Assembly (NCBI GenBank): GCA_964514575.1
Contig: CAZETJ010000001.1
Location: 56,014-120,013 of the forward strand
From: an uncultured Candidatus Saccharibacteria bacterium
Lineage (GTDB): Bacteria; Patescibacteriota; Saccharimonadia; Saccharimonadales; UBA10212
Direction of reading: 5' to 3'
DNA length: 64,000 nt
Part shown: positions 60,154 to 64,000 of the stretch, piece by piece
Layout of the letters: every line of letters starts with the position of its first letter
Numbering within the stretch: position 1 is the first letter of the stretch
Notes under the pieces: model-generated
Told to the model about the DNA's origin: nothing
What the model saw: only the letters and a program-made list of their open reading frames with translations
Database searches by the model: none
Translations under genes and position numbers: made by a program

Positions 60154-62265
60154 CAAAAAACTCTTCCCGTTTCCAAAGGTGGGACTGGAGCCACTAGCGC
60201 CCCCACTGCCAGAACCAACCTAGGAGCTATAGCCAGAATCCAGGATGCGACGGATGTGAACCTAGCCGGCGCGGCCGACGGCGACCCGGTCGTGTTCGAC
60301 GCGGCATCGGGCGGGGCGAAGCACACATCCCCGTCTTTTATTAGTGCCTATCGGCTAACTAGCGACGGTACGACCGTAAAAGCGTACGACAAAACGGGTG
60401 CGCAGATTGCTTCTAACGTTGACGGTGGAGCCGTTCTTCAGACGATCTTTAGCGCTCTGCCTGCTGCAGGGGGCTTCATCGAATTCCGCAACGATGGGAA
60501 CATCTTCCCTTGGACTACCACGCCCCTTATTCCGAAGAACATCAGCAGCAAGTTGCTAATCCGTGGCAACGGGGCGACTGTTAGACTCTCCGCGACCGCT
60601 CCGACCTTCCTTGATGTTAACCGTACCGCTCCTGGTGACACGTTCCAGAACTTCGAAGTCTCCGATTTCATCATTGATCGCAACAACGTGAACCCGGCCC
60701 TCGGTGCTCCCGTCGTACTCGGCGCATCCACCTCGTTCCGGATCAACTGGAACCACATCATCATCCGCCGGATCAAGACAATCAACGTCCCAACGAACGC
60801 AGGTACCGGTGCGATCAACCGAAACGTAGAAATCATCAGCTACCATACGGATGCTGGCGAAGCGCAGACCAACGTTACCGACATCCTTATCGAGGACTGC
60901 GATTTCGGGGGCGGAAACTATGGCGTTTTTGTCGGCGGGTTGGTTGTAAATGGTCGCTCCTGTGAAGTGTTCGTGGATCGTGTCAAGGTGTATCGCATTA
61001 AACACGACACGCTCAGCCTCAACAACACGACGACGCTGCGCGGCGACGTGCATGTGCATATAGGTGGTTTCGGCTTTGGCGGGAGCTGTGTCATCCGCGA
61101 CTGCGAGGGCTACAACACGGGTGACACAGGCTACGAAGTTGATTCGATGATGTTTGCGATAGTAGATGGTTGTATCGCATCTGATTACTGGTCAAAAGGT
61201 TTTCTTCTTCGCAACTTCCGGGCTGTACAAGATGTCAATTCTCAGCTTTACGTCGTTCGTGGTTGCAAAGCAGCAATAGTAAATCTCGTTGGAAATGAAT
61301 GTCCACCGATTCAGTCGCAGAACGGTTTCTGTCTTCCAACGCTGAATACAGACACCCCGTTTGGGCACATCGTTATTTCAGACTGTGAGTGGCACACCAA
61401 GCAATCTCAATTGGGGGACGGCACCGGAAATATGCTTGGCTTGGCAATCCTGAGTCTTTGGCAGATTCAGAGCATCACTGTGCGCGATTTCACTATCGTC
61501 GCTGACGCTATTGCGGACACCTACGCTGGGGGAACGCTCAGGTTTGTTGCTGCAATATATCTTTTCCCCGCCACCGACAATGCGAAGATTCGGCTGGAAA
61601 ACATCCAAGTCATCACGGCAGGCACCGTGACTTCGCAACGTCGCTTGTTTTGGATTTGGGTCGGTTCAACCGGCAGCCATCCAGTTTCTCTTACTGCCGA
61701 CGGCCTATGGTTCTCGCCAAGCACAACTGGCGGCGGCAATGGACATCAGCGGATGATCAACCTAGGTTCCGGGTCGCCGGACATTGTGACCTTGCGAGGT
61801 GTTTTGCGGCGCGGGGGTATCATCAACTACGGTTCCGACGATACGCAGCCGGTCGGGGTCGGAATCGAGGGCCAAAACCTACTTGCCATTGATGGACAGC
61901 TAGTTTTAGAGGACTGCGATTTCCGTAAGTTTCCAAGCAGTGCGGCTGATATTCAGTTCGAGGCGACCGGTACGTCGAATGCGGCGTTCGTTAACGCCGT
62001 ACGTATAAAAGGCCACATCTACCCATATTCAACAATCGTTATTACTCCGAATGGCTCGCCATTTATCTGGCAGAACCTGCTTGGCTATCGGGCAAAGCTG
62101 CTGATCTTCGGCGGCACTGTTTCGGATATCCAGTGGTCGAACGACGGTAGCACATACCGAGACACGGGTTTCATAACTGGAGCGACTATCGACGTTGACC
62201 CGGGAGACTACGTACAGGTCGCCTACACCGGAGCGCCCACAATGCGCGCCTTCCAGGTGAAATAG
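60061..62265 (+). CDS. Tailspike-like parallel beta-helix protein with MARLPIPG leader
   Basis: No signal peptide; conserved ~31-aa leader; GGTGATSA..AR.NLG fibre motif; repeated I.I.DC beta-helix rungs; small C-terminal beta domain. Confidence 0.75.
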   Translation: MARLPIPGSDDGTWGDILNSFLEVEHNSDGTQKTLPVSKGGTGATSAPTARTNLGAIARIQDATDVNLAGAADGDPVVFDAASGGAKHTSPSFISAYRLTSDGTTVKAYDKTGAQIASNVDGGAVLQTIFSALPAAGGFIEFRNDGNIFPWTTTPLIPKNISSKLLIRGNGATVRLSATAPTFLDVNRTAPGDTFQNFEVSDFIIDRNNVNPALGAPVVLGASTSFRINWNHIIIRRIKTINVPTNAGTGAINRNVEIISYHTDAGEAQTNVTDILIEDCDFGGGNYGVFVGGLVVNGRSCEVFVDRVKVYRIKHDTLSLNNTTTLRGDVHVHIGGFGFGGSCVIRDCEGYNTGDTGYEVDSMMFAIVDGCIASDYWSKGFLLRNFRAVQDVNSQLYVVRGCKAAIVNLVGNECPPIQSQNGFCLPTLNTDTPFGHIVISDCEWHTKQSQLGDGTGNMLGLAILSLWQIQSITVRDFTIVADAIADTYAGGTLRFVAAIYLFPATDNAKIRLENIQVITAGTVTSQRRLFWIWVGSTGSHPVSLTADGLWFSPSTTGGGNGHQRMINLGSGSPDIVTLRGVLRRGGIINYGSDDTQPVGVGIEGQNLLAIDGQLVLEDCDFRKFPSSAADIQFEATGTSNAAFVNAVRIKGHIYPYSTIVITPNGSPFIWQNLLGYRAKLLIFGGTVSDIQWSNDGSTYRDTGFITGATIDVDPGDYVQVAYTGAPTMRAFQVK

Positions 62266-62290
62266 CAATCTGCGAATCGAGCCTAAAACT

Positions 62291-62457
62291 TTAACCAAAC
62301 TTCTTGTATAATAGCCTTAAGCTTTTAAGGAGTGGCGAGGAGCTTTTGATAAAGATAAACACATATGGCTAGACTACCAATACCTGGCTCTGACGATGGC
62401 ACCTGGGGTGATATATTAAACTCCTTCCTCGAAGTCTCTCACAATACTGACGGAACT
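62291..62457 (+). repeat. Duplicated promoter + 5'UTR + leader-coding header, copy 2
   Basis: TATAAT at 62307-62312; encodes MARLPIPGSDDGTWGDILNSFLEVSHNTDGT. Confidence 0.85.
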
Positions 62458-64000
62458 CTAGATAGCAGTTCGCTGACTTTTCCGGGTGATGTCACGATTG
62501 CCTCCGACTCGGACGCATCTGGTGCCGGCGATATCATACTCAAAACCTCTACCACCGAACGACTGCGCTTCAATACAGCCGGGTCGATGCTGTGGAAGAA
62601 CCACGTTCTAGTCACGCGAACCTTTCAGTCACTGCCGCGCGCAGACATTCCAGTTGGCACGAATGTTTTTGAGATCGACGAGTATGGAAATGTCCTCTTT
62701 GGGCCCAACGACTTCCTTTTTACGCGTCAAGGCAACATCTTCCAACAGGGATCCATCCCCGACTTTATGTATCACCAAGAGACCAGGCGCATCTACACAC
62801 GCTCAGCCGCTTTTGTCGAGTTCGGCGATCCGCCGGATGTAATTATCGCTCGTGCTGGGCCTGACAATATATATCCGGGCGTTGCTGGCGGCCTAGCCGG
62901 TATCCCTAGCGGCACGACCTTAGGTGTGATTCGCTGGCAAGGCTCGTTCACTCCGCAGGGTGGTACGGTCGGCGTGACGCAAGGTGGTGCGTTCCATAAT
63001 GACAGCGCACAGATATACGCCAAGGCCACCGAGGACAACAAGTTCAACGGCGGCGTGTCTTATAGTCAGGGTGGTGAGCTGCATTTCGCAACAACCCCAA
63101 ATGGCACAGCCACGCCCGTCGACGCGCTGATCATCTCAAGCGACCAGACAGTGACCGCGAAGAAGGCTCTCACAGTCGCGGGTCTGACCGGTGCGACAGC
63201 GGCGTCGCGTTACGTCGGCGCGACGGCATCCGGCGCTCCAGCTACCGGTACGTTTGCGGCCGGCGATTTCGTTGTCGATCAGTCAGGCGCATTGTGGGTC
63301 TGCGTGAGTGGTGGTACACCCGGCACCTGGAAACAAATCGGGGGCACGTTCCCTGGCGGAGCGCCCGGACTCAAAAATGCCAAGTACGTTCCGATCTTTG
63401 GCTCGAACCTAGGCACTGGTGATCACGATCTCTACACTGTCCCGGTAGGTCGCCAGGCTCTCGTTGATCGTGTTCAGACGCTTTACAACATCGCAGGTTC
63501 CGGCGGCAGTATCGTCTACTTCCCTGAGATCAAGGTTAGCGGTACCTATTACCGTGTTGGAGCCAACGTGACCGCTGCCGATGGTGCCGCCGGGTCATCG
63601 AGCATGACAACCGCGATAGTGCTTGGCGCCGGGGAAACATTCGCCTGCAACACGGCAACGACCGCCGGCCTCAATGTTCGCGGCGGTGTATGGGAGTTCG
63701 ACGCAGACGATACGCGACTATTCACGGCTCGAAAACTAGGACTCGCTTCTGGCGACAATCTGCTCTACACCTGTCCTGCGGGCAAAACAGTTGCGTTCAT
63801 TCAAGGAGCTGAGTTTGTTACATCGATGAGTTCATCAGTACAAGTTTGCAATAACACAGGCGGGAGCCTCAATTATTACCTGAACGTTGTGCCCTCCGGT
63901 GGCAGTGTTGGCCCGACCAATCGGCTCGGCCCAGCCACGGCGGTAGCTGACAAAGCAAACACCGCTTTCAACGGCGCACAACCGTTATCGCCAGGCGATT
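62365..64000 (+). CDS. Second MARLPIPG-leader tail-fibre-like protein (partial, runs off window)
   Basis: Open from ATG 62365 to the window end on manual translation; contains GAPATGTFAAGDFVVDQSGALWVCVSGGTPGTW, a motif typical of phage fibre/spike proteins. Missing from the ORF track. Confidence 0.8.
   Translation, partial: MARLPIPGSDDGTWGDILNSFLEVSHNTDGTLDSSSLTFPGDVTIASDSDASGAGDIILKTSTTERLRFNTAGSMLWKNHVLVTRTFQSLPRADIPVGTNVFEIDEYGNVLFGPNDFLFTRQGNIFQQGSIPDFMYHQETRRIYTRSAAFVEFGDPPDVIIARAGPDNIYPGVAGGLAGIPSGTTLGVIRWQGSFTPQGGTVGVTQGGAFHNDSAQIYAKATEDNKFNGGVSYSQGGELHFATTPNGTATPVDALIISSDQTVTAKKALTVAGLTGATAASRYVGATASGAPATGTFAAGDFVVDQSGALWVCVSGGTPGTWKQIGGTFPGGAPGLKNAKYVPIFGSNLGTGDHDLYTVPVGRQALVDRVQTLYNIAGSGGSIVYFPEIKVSGTYYRVGANVTAADGAAGSSSMTTAIVLGAGETFACNTATTAGLNVRGGVWEFDADDTRLFTARKLGLASGDNLLYTCPAGKTVAFIQGAEFVTSMSSSVQVCNNTGGSLNYYLNVVPSGGSVGPTNRLGPATAVADKANTAFNGAQPLSPGD

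Noticed and set aside
249-63758. Many short alternative-frame or antisense ORFs in the track
   Set aside because: They are nested within well-supported genes and lack motifs; treated as shadow ORFs.
60061-64000. Prophage tail module
   Set aside because: No capsid, terminase, integrase, tape-measure or lysis genes in the window, and each gene has its own host-style promoter header. Cannot be excluded beyond the right edge.

Overview
Chromosomal origin-of-replication region of a small-genome bacterium, most likely Patescibacteria/CPR (Saccharimonadia-like; inferred from gene content and style). In order: the end of a VirB4-type secretion locus with a lysozyme-NlpC/P60 hydrolase; recF-dnaN-oriC-dnaA / rpmH-rnpA-yidC-jag; a ~28 kb surface-glycan region (many glycosyltransferases and methyltransferases, Wzm/Wzt, gmd, an initiating transferase, two WaaL/Wzy-like proteins, GtrA, a lectin-domain protein); lexA-like, MFS, uppP-ispH-idi and a desulfurase-like gene; a string of single accessory genes behind tRNA-Asn, separated by copies of the tRNA 3' end; xfp-ackA; a cobalamin-type riboswitch with terminator before an unknown Zn-ribbon protein; and a Kef antiporter. 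The best candidate for a new system is at the right end. tatA-tatC is flanked by two microproteins that share a YGGGxYGA motif: one is nearly only a Tat-like signal, the other ends in a membrane anchor. They are followed by signal-less, tailspike-like genes that start with a duplicated promoter plus a ~31-residue MARLPIPGSDDGTWGDILN leader. All calls come from reading the sequence; no searches were run.
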